From Eledone cirrhosa (taxonomy: Eukaryota), in NCBI GenBank assembly GCA_964016885.1, contig OZ024742.1, positions 139,190,001 through 139,254,000 of the forward strand: 64,000 nucleotides of DNA. Reading direction: 5' to 3'. Below, piece by piece: positions 13,971 to 27,105 of the stretch. The translations under genes and the position numbers were made by a program. The notes beneath the pieces are model-generated. The model had not been told where the DNA came from. It did no database searches and was given only the letters and a program-made list of their open reading frames with translations. Positions within the stretch are counted from its first letter, which is position 1. Each line of letters starts with the position of its first letter.

Positions 13971-14570
13971 TATGTGTGTTGAATGGTAGCTATGATGCTT
14001 CCATAGGCGGTATGCCAGTTGAGCACTCTATCTTCTTACAGAGCAGAGTGTGATATAATATAAAACGAAAAATCAGTGATGCATCTGGACTCAATTTATT
14101 GTGTTACAATGTGTGTATGTATATGTGTGTATGTATATGTGTGTATACATATATATGTATATATGTATGTGCGCGTGTGTATGTATGTGTATGTATATAT
14201 ATGTGTGTGTGTGTGTGTGTATGTGTGTGTGTGAGTGACTTGTGAAATACCAAAAACAGCATGAATTCATTGAATTGTGACGGGCGGAGAGTAGCTGATG
14301 GGCAGTATGGTAGCAAATATTGGCCAGAATTTATGATGACATAGAAAAACAACAGCCAACAGCAGAACAAGCGAGGAAGATGTTTTCTGAAGCTAAAACC
14401 CCAGTGAGAAAATTTGTTCTGAAATTATTGCAAGTGACCGACGAACCTGCAGTTCTAGAATCAGACAGATCCATACAATGATCGTGTCTCGAGCTGTCTG
14501 CCGGCGAAACAATTGTAACACACAATAAATTGAGTCCAGATGCATCACTGATTTTTCGTTTTATATTATA
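13971..14570. mobile_element. 5' end of the PLE: partial direct pLTR (13971-14110) followed by an inverted pLTR (14111-14570)
   Basis: 14050-14110 is the reverse complement of 14512-14571; homology to 1049-1420; typical PLE 5' inversion. Confidence 0.75.
14434..14521 (+). ncRNA. Degenerate HHR in the inverted pLTR, extended stem II
   Basis: GTGA-CCGACGA...CAGACAG...CTGTCTG..GAAAC AATT GTA-ACAC; the copy near 1200-1212 reads GTGT-CTGACAA, giving consensus GTGT-CTGACGA. Confidence 0.5.
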
Positions 14571-14639
14571 TCTATATATATATATATTTAATAAGGAAAA
14601 GCGAAGTAGTTTCAGATGTTCAAGTCCTTTAATAATAAT

Positions 14640-14713
14640 GCTGTGATATATATTTCAATGACGACACTGGCCACACTGTTCTGTGTGCGAGTGTCGTGAC
14701 ATCATCAGACAGC
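14640..14713 (-). ncRNA. Putative type I HHR (inverted copy of 15809-15881)
   Basis: Lies in inverted repeat 14590-14722 / 15800-15931. Confidence 0.65.
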
Positions 14714-15808
14714 TTGTTACATAGTTGAGCGCTCTGTGATGTAACCGATATGGTGGAGAAGAGAGGAACCAACCATGAGCTGCCCCGGAAATTCCCTCTA
14801 CCATGGGGATGGAAACCCCTGACACTCTACGGACATAATAGTAACTTTCGGCAGGATAAATACGCGGAAACAAAAAATAAGATAAAACCCTATTTTCCTG
14901 TACCAAATCGCATTTGAACAGAAGCCCACTCAATTCAATCTATACATTGACAGGTTGACAATCATATGGATCATTTTGCATATATGTACTCTGTGTTTTT
15001 GCATTTATTCATTATTGGTTCTTTTCTTTTGTGTACTTTATGTCTGTTTTTCTTTGGTGTTGTTCCATGTGATGGAAATTATGACTGTGTACCAGATTGA
15101 CTAATGTCTTGAATACTGTAGTTTACCCACCGTCTAATGCACGGCACTGTCGTTCAATATGTGGATAGAGTAACTGTGACACTAGAACCCCTCTCAGAAC
15201 TTCTTACTTAAACATCTCTCTCCATATTATTTACTCACTTCAATCTATATTTTTTTTACTCACCTCAATCCGAATTCTCACTTGAAAAATATTTTAACTT
15301 TTAATTTCTAATTGTTAATTTTTTAATTGTTTAATTTATAATTTCTGATATTTAATTTAGGATTTTAATTTTTATTTCCAACTCTCACTCTTAACTTCCA
15401 ATGTAAAACCATGATACCTAGAATTAAGTTTATTTTCCCTTATGAGTTGATGGTCAGTCGTATTGTCCACGCTAGGTGAGAGGTAGTATTATGACCTGTA
15501 AAAACTAACACTCTCCCATCCCCTCTGGCTTTCGGCTGACTGCCACAGTCGGGATGGGTAGCAGTAAACTATGGTACAGGCCTAGGTGGGCCATTGTGTG
15601 GCTGAGAGGGTGAACTGACTAAGCGAATTTCGTTGAAATCTGCGGTAGCTAATGGTCAACTTCCTTCGGACATGCGCCTGCGAAGACCGGTGGGGGTGAA
15701 TTGGTACTCACAGGGGAACGGATGAAAAACCCAAATGCACGCATTTCATCCGTTCCCTTGTCGATTCAATTCGGATTGCCTCGGAAACATAACCTTATTA
15801 TGTAACAA

Positions 15809-15881
15809 GCTGTCTGATGATGTCACGACACTCGCACACAGAACAGTGTGCCAGTGTCGTCATTGAAATATATATCACAGC
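15809..15881 (+). ncRNA. Putative type I HHR with long stem II
   Basis: GCTGT-CTGATGA-[ACGACACT.GCACAC loop GTGTGC.AGTGTCGT]-GAAAT ATAT ATC-ACAGC; predicted cut after 15876. Confidence 0.7.
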
Positions 15882-16039
15882 ATTATTATTAAAGGACTTG
15901 AACATCTGAAACTACTTCGCTTTTCCTTATTCGATATTTACTCCCTCACTCCTATGTGGAAAAAGTACGTTGTGTGCTTGAATTGAATTGCATCAATGTT
16001 TACCCTAATATATATATATATATATATAGATACATAGAT

Positions 16040-16130
16040 AGATTACTTTCTTTTTATTTGCCACCAGGGCATCAAAAAGTGGGACAAGTACAATGGGGGG
16101 AGTTTACATAAAAAGGCGTCCTCAATAAGG
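16040..16130 (-). mobile_element. 3' terminal fragment of the Tx1 family
   Basis: Similar to 4771-4840 (TTTATTTGCCAC.AGGGCA...GGGGGGAGTTTACATAAA), again next to GATA-like repeats. Confidence 0.65.
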
Positions 16131-16167
16131 ATAAAAAATATATAAAAAGATATAAAAATAAAATAAA

Positions 16168-16207
<40 letters not shown>

Positions 16208-16209
<2 letters not shown>

Positions 16210-16410
16210 CGAAGGAGGTGTGGTAAGGAACCAGATAGACCATAACGCACCAGAGTACTCAATACTTAGGGTAGTAGAGTGGGTAATAGGAGAATGTTTA
16301 ACGCCGACGGCAGAGTTCAAGCCGTTTCGACGTTCAAGCCGTTTCTGGACTACAGAAATAGCCGTCGAAACGGCTTGAGCTCTGCCGTCGGGGTTAAACA
16401 TTCTCCCATA
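16208..16410. repeat. PLE-type terminal repeat with fold-back hairpin (16289-16406); same family as 40854-41048
   Basis: Inverted arms and a shared flank (ACCATAACGCA..AGAGTACTCAATACTTAGGGTAGTAGAGTGGGTAATAGG). Confidence 0.75.
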
Positions 16411-16557
16411 TATCTATATATATTAGAAAGTGAGGTTTATTTTACAAAATGAAAAATAAAAAATAACCGAGGTGTATATATATATAAGGAAAAAAGATGA
16501 AATCGAAAATGCAACATCAGATGTGAGAAAAACCACAGACCCTCCATCTCAACTCTA

Positions 16558-16593
16558 CTTTTGAAAAGCAGAAGAACTGCGAAACCGGCAAAG
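16558..16593 (+). ncRNA. Degenerate minimal HHR with TTGAAAA core
   Basis: CTT-TTGAAAA-GCAG aagaa CTGC-GAAAC CG GCA-AAG; cleavage triplet is not NUH; lies between inverted repeats 16486-16515 / 16632-16662. Confidence 0.4.
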
Positions 16594-16657
16594 GAACCAA
16601 ATAAATATATATATTTTTAAAAAAGACTCCAGTTGCATTTACGATTTCATCTTTTTT

Positions 16658-16822
<165 letters not shown>

Positions 16823-17642
16823 TTACTCTATTCAATATTAGATTTGATATTATTTCTTTGCAGGTGTTCAGATTTCTTCAACAAGTCTCCTGTTTTTGAT
16901 GACGTCGGCGTTACTGGTCAACAATTACTGAATTATTACCTGAATTGCGTTTTTTCTTTTATATTTAATTTCATATCAATTTAATTTAATTTCTGGGAAA
17001 GTTTTCATTTGACTAGACATTAATTGTAATGACTTTTGTAAGGGATGGAGGGAGTCTGTAGAATTAACACCAGACTATTACTGGTATTTGTTTTATAAAC
17101 TCATTGAGTGATAAATTAGAAAGTTGATTATGACAGACTTAAGATTACCACTAACATTTGCCAAAGAATAAAAAATATAGCATTAAGTTTGAGGTTTATT
17201 GTCTCTCAGATATTTTCACTTTGTTCCCATATTCGAAACAATGAGTAAGCCTGTACGTGATTACTCGTTATGGGGGGGGGGGGTCAGCTGACTTAGTTCA
17301 TCCCAAACCCCAACTGTCTTAATAGACATTTAAAAAAAACGCAATAGGTAATGGAGTCTCAAATAATTCTTATAATTATGGAATGGTCAAGGCTGGAATG
17401 TCCTTTTTCATAAGTTTTTTTAATTAAGGTTGATCTGAAGCCAAATATAACTAATAATATTGATCACTAAGTAAACATACAAATACTGGGTCTCGTCTTT
17501 TCCTAAGTATTTATTCATGACACAAGCACTGATGCATTGAATAGAATCAACTATTACCCATTTGTGATCTGATCTATATATATAATGGTGATAATCCCTA
17601 TTGTTTAGATCTATATATACATAGGGGACCATCTCTATTGGA

Positions 17643-17793
17643 AGGTAGCGGATTGGCAGAGTAGTTAGAAGCGTCGGATAGTGTTTTGCAGTATTCATTC
17701 AGGATCTTTGCTTCCTGACTTCAAATCCCGTCGAGGTGAACTTTGCCTTTCGTGGTCGATAAATAAAGTACCACTCTAGAACTGGGGTCGATT
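17643..17793 (+). mobile_element. tRNA-derived SINE
   Basis: A-box/B-box-like head (GGATTGGCAGAGTAGTTAG...TTCAAATCCC) plus the family core ACTTTGCCTTTC...GGTCGATAAATAAAGTACCA. Confidence 0.7.
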
Positions 17794-18074
17794 CTTCTTT
17801 CATATTTCTTTCTCCCTTCCTCTCTCTCACTTTTTATCCTTATCTGGAAGTAATCTGCTGTCTACAGACTTGGAAAAAGGGATGGGCTCCGCCAGGCTTA
17901 AAAATACCCAAGAAACACCGTATGTCACTACGGCACCCTACGACTCCACCAGGAGAAACAGAACCACAACACACCATCTCTATTATTTTTCTCAGAAATT
18001 CAGAAATCTATCTTCCACCATATAAAGTAAAATGTTCTGACAAAAACAAAAAGGAAGACAATGGCCACAAATGA

Positions 18075-19600
18075 TTTGAAGGAAAAGCAAAGATAACCTC
18101 AGCGGGATTTGAATTCAGAACGTAATGGGCTGTTACTACATGCCACAAAACATGTTGTCCGATGCTCTAATGACTCGGCCAATCCACTACGCTCTCTATA
18201 CTTTAAATCTACGGGTTTTGCCTTTATCAATAAGAAGTCAGTTTAGGTGTCGTGGTGGCAGAATTAGGAGAGTATCAGATGAAAGCAATTAAATTTTTTA
18301 ATTTGGCACTTATATTTCCCCAACGTTACAATTACAGGCCATCATGTAAAAACAATTAAGTAGTTGTAGTTTAACCTCAAATAATCCCTACGTGAAGAGA
18401 CCTATGATGAAAAGTATTCCAGCAATGATCATGAATTCTTTTTTTAATTTTTATTTGTGACTACTGTAGACAGTGCTCCAGCAGTGTTTATCATGATGCT
18501 AAATGAACTAAAGAACAGAAGAACTATATCCAATGTGCCCTTACTTTTTTAAAACAGTAGAAATTCTGTTTGATTTGACCTGCTATTTGTAGCTTCTCCA
18601 GTGACAGTATAGTTGCTCCTTCATTTACTCAATAAAAGCTGAATATTGTCAGTATGGTAACACAAATGTTAGGATCAACTTATGGGCCTTAGCCTTTGAT
18701 TAATGTGATTTACTCGTCGTAGTCAATTCCTCAAGCCACATTTCTCTTATGAAAGGTATGAAAGTCATAACTTCCCCTGAACTTCTTAAAATTTAAAAAT
18801 CAGTATTAAAAGAATAATATACCGATGATAAAATAAGTGAAATTTAACATAATTTTCATTCAATATAATTTTGTTTTCGTTTCTTGTATTGATCCGAAAA
18901 CGTAATGTGATTAAATAATGCCATTCTAATGATATGTGTAATATGTGAAATTATGTTCTTGATTCTCTTATTGATTTGAAACTCAATGATTGTTAAAATA
19001 ACTAATACAATAAATGTATTGCATTTTATAATTTCTTGTTGTTGTAATTATTCCTGCTAGCATTGACACAAAGCAAGCAATCTGACTTGGGAGTGGAGGT
19101 CGAACATATCGATTCAGTACGTAACTGGTACTTTATTTTATCGTATCAGGAATGATGAATAGCAAAGTTGACACTGCCTGGATTTGAACTCAAAACAGAA
19201 AGTTGTAACTAAATATTGCAAAATATTTTGTCCGGCGCTCTACCGACAATGCCAACCAACCCCTTGTTGTGATTATTCATCTTTATTTAATTGTGCAGAA
19301 TTAATATTTTATTTTCTTGTTTCTTTTTTTTTTACTGTTGGTTAGTGGGGGTAGGACAGTGCGTATAGCCCTTTTCAGGACCCTCTAAACAGGTCGAACA
19401 GAAGGTATTCTCAGACTCTAGGCATCCAAGTATGGGGTGGTGGTGGTGGTGGTGTTACAGTAGCTGCAGCGAAATTTAAACTCAAAACGCACACAGCCGG
19501 AATAAACACCGTAAGGCATCTCGTCCAATGTTTTAACAACAGCCGGAACAAACACCACAAGGCATCTCGCCTGACGTTCTAACAACTCTGCCAATCCACT
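18075..19600 (-). mobile_element. Several SINE copies or fragments (~18075-18190, 19065-19262, 19470-19600)
   Basis: GGATTTGAACTCA...CTCTA.CGA..CTGCCAATCCAC family motif. Confidence 0.65.
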
Positions 19601-19674
19601 ACACTGATTTGGTACGTTATTTTCCCGGTCTTGAAAGCATGAAAGGCAGGTAAATTCACCTTATCAATTCGATA

Positions 19675-20319
19675 AAAATGTTACGGAAGTAAATTGGCTG
19701 AAGTGTGAGCCAATCAAAACCTTCGGCGTAGCAATACAAGTAACTTGACTACTAAGACCAGAGAACGGAAGTTAAGACAGATGACCAGTCTCCAGAAAAA
19801 CTCTGCTATCGTCAAAACGTCGATTCTTCGATACGCCATTCCTGTCGTATTTCACACATGGAAATACAGGCAAAACGACTTTCACAGTGTGAAGCAAGAA
19901 TAAATGAAGTACATACTTGTAATGGAGTTTGTCTATTTAATGCCTTCTGATCTAACGACTTGATGTAGCAGTAATATATATCCTTCGTAATTAAATGTAT
20001 TTTCCTTCAGCGGAAGAAAAATGTTACGGAAGTAAATCGGCTGAAGTGTGAGCCAATCAAAACCTTCGGCGTAGCGATGCAAGTAACTGGACTACTTAGG
20101 CAAGAGAACGGAAGTTAAAACAGAAGACCAGTCTCCAGAAAAATCTGCTATCGTCAAAACGTCGATTCTTCGATACGCCATATCCTGTCGTATCTCACAC
20201 ATGGAAATATAGGCAAAATGAGTTTCACAGTGTAAAGCAAGAATAAAAGAAGTACATACTTGTAATGGAGTTTGTCTATTTAATGCCTTCTGATCTAACG
20301 ACTTACATTCTTCATTATA
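19675..20319 (+). mobile_element. Gypsy LTR (19964-~20319) preceded by a partial tandem LTR copy (19675-19961)
   Basis: Direct repeat 19675-19961 / 20017-20303; starts TGTAG; contains AATAAA; followed by a PBS. Confidence 0.75.
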
Positions 20320-20321
20320 AA

Positions 20322-20339
20322 TGGTGACCCCGACGTGAT
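20322..20339 (+). promoter_or_regulatory. Primer-binding site complementary to tRNA-Trp
   Basis: TGGTGACCCCGACGTGAT is the reverse complement of the 3' end of eukaryotic tRNA-Trp (ATCACGTCGGGGTCA-CCA). Confidence 0.9.
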
Positions 20340-20749
20340 ACAAACAAGCATTTTTGTACAACAAATATAAAAGAAAGAAAGAACGCTGTCACAAAGAAGA
20401 AAAAAACAACGTTTTGTTGTTTAGAACAATTATTTCATTATCATTATATTTATCATTTGCCTGCATGCACAAACACATTTTGTATCGACATGTATTACAT
20501 CGAAATGCATTATTTAAAAAAAAATTTAAAAAAAAAAAAAAAAAAATTATCGGTAAATTATTCCATCGTGCGTTATAATTTTTTTTTCACTGCGTCTCAA
20601 AATTTGTATTTTGCAATCTTCAAAGATTTGCCTGTATTTCAGAATGGCCATTATACGTTTTCTGCGTTTGTTTGCCAGCCAATTTGATTTAAAGGCAACG
20701 CCTTTTTGAAAAATATAAGAAAATTTTTTTTTTATTCTTAACATTTTCC

Positions 20750-22330
20750 TCTCTGCCGCCCGGTGTTCAGGCGATTTTAGCGCCTATGATGGAGACTGCC
20801 ACAGTCGACCAGCTAGCGGCTTCGGCCGACAAAATTATAAGTTTCACTGGAAACCCTGCCTCCTATGTTGCACCTCAGCCACTGGCTGCGGTCTCTTCGT
20901 TCTCTCCAGCAGCTGCCGTCCACACCGATCACTCACTTGCGTCTGTGGCAATACTTCAAGCCATAGAGCAACTCACCAAAGGAGTATCTCCAGGGCTCAA
21001 TCGCCCAGACGTCACTTCCAGAGCCGTTCGCCCTCGCCACGCCGCCGCCACACAAGCAAGCCAGGACTGTGCTACTACCACAGCCGTTTTGGCGCGGCGA
21101 CACGCTCTTGTAAACAGCCCTGTTCGTTTTCCATCCAGGGAAACGGATTTCAGGAGACCTGAGCACGGCACAGTCTCCTCTGACGCTCCCAAATAATTAT
21201 GCGTTCTTTATAACTGACACATTTTCCCAAGCTCGATGTCTAGTGGATACAGGCGCTGCTTGCAGCATATGGCCGCTAAAACTTCTGAAAGAGAAGCCGC
21301 CAGTTTCATCCATTTCTTTGCAAGCCGTAAATCATTCTCCTATCTCCACGTATGGTCAAATTTCTCGTTCTTTGAACCTGGAATTGCGAAGAGACTTCAC
21401 GTGGATTTTCACGGTCGCTGATTTGCCTTACCCTATTCTAGGCTCGGATTTCCTGCACCACTATAACCTCTTAGTGAATATGCGCAGACGCCGGTTGTTG
21501 GATGCTAAGACGGAACTCTCCGCTCCGGGTTTGAAATCTACTGTCTCATCTATCAGCCCGGTATTCTTCATCGCCGCTTCAGAGGACCCTTTCCAGTCGC
21601 TTCTAAATTCCTTCCCGGAATTGACAAATCTGAATTTTGTGGTGAGCAAGCCTACTCACTCCACAAAACATTATATCGAAACTTCTGGCGCTCCTGTATT
21701 TTCTCGCCCTCGCCGCCTCCCTGCGGAGAAATTGAAAGCAGCGAAGGCTGAATTTAACCACATCATACAGCTGGGAGTCATACGCCGATCCTCAAGTCCA
21801 TGGGCCGCTCCTTTGCATTTGGTTCCGAAGCGTTCCGGCGATTGGCGTCCCACTGGGGACTTTCGCCGGTTAAACGCGATGACAGTACCCGATCGCTACC
21901 CGATCCCACACATACAAGATTTCGCGTCTTCGCTTCATGGATGTAAGACATTCTCCAAATTGGATTTGGTCAAGGCTTACCACCAGATTCCAATGAACCC
22001 GGCAGATATACCTAAAACTGCCGTAACAACTCCTTTCGGAGCGTTCGAATTTCTGACTATGCCTTTCGGTTTGCGAAACGCAGCCAGTACTTTCCAACGT
22101 TTCATGGATGACGTTGTGCGCGATTTGGACTTCGTGTATAACTACATTGATGACATTCTCGTGGCAAGTGCCTCACCCGAGGAACATGTCACTCACCTCC
22201 GTCTACTGTTTGAGCGGTTTCAGCAGTATCAGGTGCGAATCAACCCGGCGAAATGTGTTTTCGGTGCGTCTTCACTTGTCTTCTGAGGGAATCTCACCAC
22301 TGCCTGACAAAGTAAAAGCTCTGCAAGAAC
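20750..22330 (+). pseudogene. Ty3/Gypsy gag C-terminus, aspartic protease and RT; truncated before RNase H/integrase
   Basis: [18 protein letters not shown] gag motif; LVDTGA, ILGSDFL; [40 protein letters not shown]. Confidence 0.93.
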
Positions 22331-23157
22331 TTCACGTGGTTTTGTCTTTGCGTGTAATTGTTTTTCACCGCTCCAAATAATCCGTTCTTGTCAACGCTCC
22401 GTTTACTTGGTATTCGTTGGTCTACAATGTCGATGAATTTTCATGACATGAGAGATTTCGAACAATTATTATTTTGGGAGTTGACAAGACTACAAATCTT
22501 TAGAATGTGAGTGAATTGTAACGTCGTCAATGTTTGATGCTACAAGAATATATATTTTTGTAAATAAGACAATAGAACCGTGTGGAAATGGAAGCACCAA
22601 TTGAAACATAAGTTTTAAATCTCCCAAGTCGTTTATGAAAGTACTAAAGAAGACAAGAAAACACACTTCGATTTCCGACGTAGAAGAGGCTCCTATCAGA
22701 AGAAACCGTCACCGAATCATCATTTTTCTTACCTGTTGTACAAACCTGGCTGGACACAGAACACTGCACAAACATTCTAATAGTTCTATAGAGTTATGAA
22801 ATAATTGTTTCTACTTTAGGCACAAGGCCAACAATTACCCAGTACATTACTGGTACTTTATTTTATCGACCCCGTAAGGATGAAAGCCATAGATGACGAA
22901 CATCATTAAGTAATGTCAGTTTCATGAGGAGATAAAACGCCTCCATCCTTTTGAAGGAAAAAAAAAAAAAAAAAAAGAGTATAAATCCTGGAAAACTGTA
23001 AGTCCGGTATGAAAAAAAAAAAAAATCACAAGGGATTGACACTCCAAATTCACTATTCTCCTTTTACTTTGCTCCACTTTTCAAATTAAATGACACGACG
23101 GTTCAGTTATATTGTAAGCGCGTCCATTGAGAATATCGTCTATGACAAACTGCTCAC

Positions 23158-25500
23158 TTGCTCGCATGTGTGCGTGCTGAACTCTGGGTCTTTCCGCTGG
23201 GAACAACCCCTTGTTCCCCCCCCCCTTTTTTGTGTACATCCATCCATTCACTCATTCATTTACTGCCATTCTACCTTCCTGTGTCTCCCCCTCCATGCAG
23301 CCCCTTTTCGCTCTCGTTTTCTGGCACCTCCATATATATAGGTGAACTATGCTGCCCTCTTACCAGCACTTTTCCTTCCACCCACACACACCAGCCACCC
23401 ACCCCTGATGCCGCTCGGTTCCCCTTCCCTGGCCCCACACCCCAACCCCCACCCCTCCAAATCGACACCTGCAGCACTTGCGACACCACTAACAAACGGA
23501 AGAGGGGCCGGAACTGTTTGGGGTGCGGCTGCTTCCACCACTTCACCTGCGTTGGCTTGACTCGTCGAGCTTCCAATGCCCTCGCAGCGTGGAGGTGCAG
23601 GAGCTGCCTCTTCCCCACGTCTTTCCAGCCACGGCCGTCTGGCACACCACCAGATGGGACAGCGAGCTTGCCTGACGTCCGAGCCTCGCTGGTCAACATC
23701 GCTCGACTCAGGCGGCTCCGGAAGATCCCACTCAGGATCCCGAGAGCAGCACGGGTGCCGGTAACCGATGCCCTCGCTTCCTCGATTGAGAGCGCCCTGG
23801 ACTCCGATCGAGCCAGTGACTGGGAGCGGCTGTTCTATTTCGCCCCACTCGCCCTCGCCCTCCCAGCTCTGGTGCTGACCGGGGAGGAAGGTCAACAGCG
23901 GCCTTCGTCAAGGCCAATGTCTCGTCATTTGGGCGAGCGCCCATTCCAAGCGTGCCAAGGGACGCCACACGCCCCACCCTCAGGTTCCCCTATCCTTCAC
24001 CCCGAGGCCATCGCCAAGCGTTTGCGTGACCAGGTAAACGCAAAGCTTATCATGGGTGATGTCTCGGCCGCAGTCAGAGTTGTTGCCTCAGAGGACACTG
24101 TCTTCCAACCCACCGAGGAGATCCTGGCTGCTCTACGGCTCAAACACCCTGAGCCACCCACTGATCTCAGACCCATACCCCCACCTGCTCCTTGTGGCTA
24201 CTGATGCAGATATCATGTCCGCCATCAGGTCCTTCCCAGCTAGCAGCTGCGGAGGTGTTGATGGTCTCCGACCAGGCCACCTCAAGGAGTTGACATCTCC
24301 CCTCTCCGCTGAGGCCGGGCGCCGCCAATAGGCTCATTCATGGTGCCCTCGACCCTTACGCCCGAAGCCTCTTTTTTTCGGCCACCCTCATCCCTCTCAG
24401 GAAGAAAGAGGGTGGCATACGCCCCATTGCTGTGGGCAATGTCTTCCGGAGGCTGGCTGCCAAGGTGATCTGCAAGTCCGTCACACACGAACTGGGTGAG
24501 GAGTTTAGTCCGGTGCAACGGTGTCGGCGTGTCCGGTGGCTGTGAGGGAGCCCCTCATGCAATCAGGCAGTTCTTCATCGGTACAGGCATCCAGGGATTC
24601 CAGGCACCTCATTGTCAAGCTTGACATGAGGAATGCGTTTAACTCTTTACGCCGGGATCATCTGCTCAAGGCCTGCCTCAGCCGAGCCCCCTCTTCCTAC
24701 CCGCTGGCCTACCTGTCATATGGAGCCCCGAGCATTACTCCTCGCTGCTGATACGGTCATACTCTCGGCTACTGGGGTCCAGCAGGGTGACCCTTTGGGA
24801 CCCCTCCTGTTCGCCCTTGGTATTTACCACATCGCCCGGAGTATCACGGCCCCTCTCAACGTTTGGTATCTGGATGATGCTACGTTGGGCGGGCCCGTAC
24901 GGACAGTCTGCCAAGACCTTCAATCGGTGATTCCTGCCCTGGCGGGAATCGGCCTCCAGGTCAACTCGGCCAAGTCGGAGGTGGTGAACGTCAGCCTCGA
25001 TGCTGCGAGCTTTGCAGCCTCTGTCTTGGACGTGCGGTCCATTCTCCGCCAGGTTCAGGTGACCCCCAAAGAGGATGTCCTCATCCTCGAGTCACTGATC
25101 CATCCGCCGGCCATCCGCTCCACCATCAGGTCCAGGCTACAACAGCTCCAGACTCTCCCGAAACTTTCTGCAGCCGCAACTTGGTGCAGTCTACGACTGA
25201 CCCAGGTTCTGCTGCACGTCGGGCTGAGGGGGCCAAACTCCTCAAATACCGGTCCCTCTCCGACAGGTTTGCGGTCCTTCCCCTGGCAGTGGAAACTTCT
25301 GATGTCCTCGGCCCCAGGGCTATCTCCTTACTCACCACCATAGGCGCTGAGCTGGCCAGCCGCAGGTGTGAGCCCCGCGAGTTGGAGTGGCTTTTCCAGC
25401 GCGTCTCCCTTGCCGTCCTCCGGGGAAACGCCTTCTCCATTCTGTCCGCCGGGGCTGTGGGTGGGCTCCATCGCGTACAAATACATTAGTTAAATACCAT
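23158..25500 (+). mobile_element. CRE-clade (RLE-type) non-LTR retrotransposon with N-terminal PHD finger; frameshifted and internally deleted
   Basis: C2-C2-H-C-WRCRSC finger; DGLRPGHLK, GGIRPIAVG, LDMRNAFN, QQGDPLGPLLF, WYLDD; RLE tail AEGAKLLKY...PLAVET...QRVSLAVLRGNA. Confidence 0.85.
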
Positions 25501-25691
25501 TCTTCCATCGATGTTCAATAATGACGTATTATATTCGATGCAGTTGAATGTAACATTTAGAAATTGTTTAGCAAGCTAAAGAAGCGACAACTTTTATCAT
25601 AAGATTGACCTTGCGGTGTTTATTTGGCAAGACATCTCCACAACTCAACCCATACTATTATAAATTGGTACCATATAGGTGTAGGCTTACA

Positions 25692-25889
25692 CGAGGGTCT
25701 GCTGAAAAGTTCATAGGCAAACCAAACTACTGTCATGGAATAACCAAATAAGGTTTATTTTTCAACATAGTCCCTGGAAAGAAACAATGCACTTATTAAT
25801 AAGAAGAGTTGAAATTAATGCAGGCAAGATTTCACATTTCTAGCATCACTCCTTCATAGTCAGCCTATGAACTTTTCAGCCGAACCCCG
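25692..25889. mobile_element. Mariner-type MITE (~200 bp)
   Basis: TIRs CGAGGGTCTGCTGAAAAGTTCATAGGC / GCCTATGAACTTTTCAGCCGAACCCCG; TA target duplication not preserved. Confidence 0.7.
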
Positions 25890-26659
25890 CATATGTTGTT
25901 GAGAATTATTTCCGTAACTTTTTGGCTCAGGATTTGATCTTAATGTTTCAATAGAAACGTTTGCCACAACTCACTCTTTATTAGCACATTCTACTGCACT
26001 ATATATTTTGCGCTGACTGTAATAAAGACTGACAAATCCATTAGATTTAAGAGATTGGTTACGAAGAAAGGTGTAGATATACATCTTTGTGATTCATTTT
26101 GTCTCGATCTCAATATCAGCTGACAAAATTCATTTTTCAATTTGGCACAACGTGAAAAATTTGTAGTTTGAAGGGTGGAAGGAGTTGTATACTTAATAGA
26201 GTAGTTTTCTAGCATGTCTAACGCTTGTGTCATATTGTTTGTAAATATTACTTATCAATATAAGGAAGCGAATTTGCAGACTCGTTAAAACATCAGATAG
26301 AATGTTTTGCATTATTCGCTGCACCTATCTGCTCTCTGACTTCAAATCCACCTAAAATCAACTTTGCCTTTCATCCTTTCGAGGTAAATAAAAACGTATC
26401 TGTTCAATACTGGGGTCGATTCTTCCCCACTTCTCGTCTCCCCTACTCTGGAAGAAATCGGTTGATTTCTGTCTCTCTGTCAGAAAATAACCACCCCTAT
26501 GAAGGAATATCGCTATAGCAATGTTATATAAGTCATACAAAATTTAGAAAATACCTGAAATTATCTTTCTAACTTGTGTGACGAAATTACATATATCATA
26601 TATGTTTATACTAGAACGCAGTATATTTGAAGATTTTAAGATAACAATTGATTTTGTAT

Positions 26660-27105
26660 CTTGGGATGCAAAGTGTTACGACTTGTTCTCTTCCTCCAAC
26701 CTTGCTGCTTCGGCCACAAACCCGGGTTCCGTTGCCAGCAATGCAGAGAAGAGAAAGATAGTTATATACCGGTGCCTGACCTATCGCTTCCTCTTTGTAC
26801 AGGTCTCCATCGAGACTTCTGGTGTCCGTGGTCTCAACACAGCTCGTTACCTCAGTAAAATCGGAAAAACTGCAGCCCGATGAGGTGGGATGGCTGTTGC
26901 AGTGGGTGTCTCTGGCCATTCTTCGCAGTATTGCCGTTGACATTTTGTCGGTGGGACGCAGCTGAAACACCACTCAGATTGGAGTGTAGTGCCTGTCCCT
27001 CCCTCTCCCTTTCTTTCCTTGCTTAATTCTTTATTTTTTATTTTTTATAATTTCCTTTTTTTTTTTTGTTTCCTTTACTGTTTTTTTTTTGTTTTTGTAT
27101 AACAG
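26660..27105 (+). mobile_element. CRE-like 3' fragment (RLE domain + 3' UTR)
   Basis: WDAKCYD...NAEKRK...IETSG...LQWVSLAILR; 3' UTR resembles 48680-48810. Confidence 0.75.

Noticed and set aside
17643-17735. tRNA gene
   Set aside because: Degenerate SINE head with no clean cloverleaf
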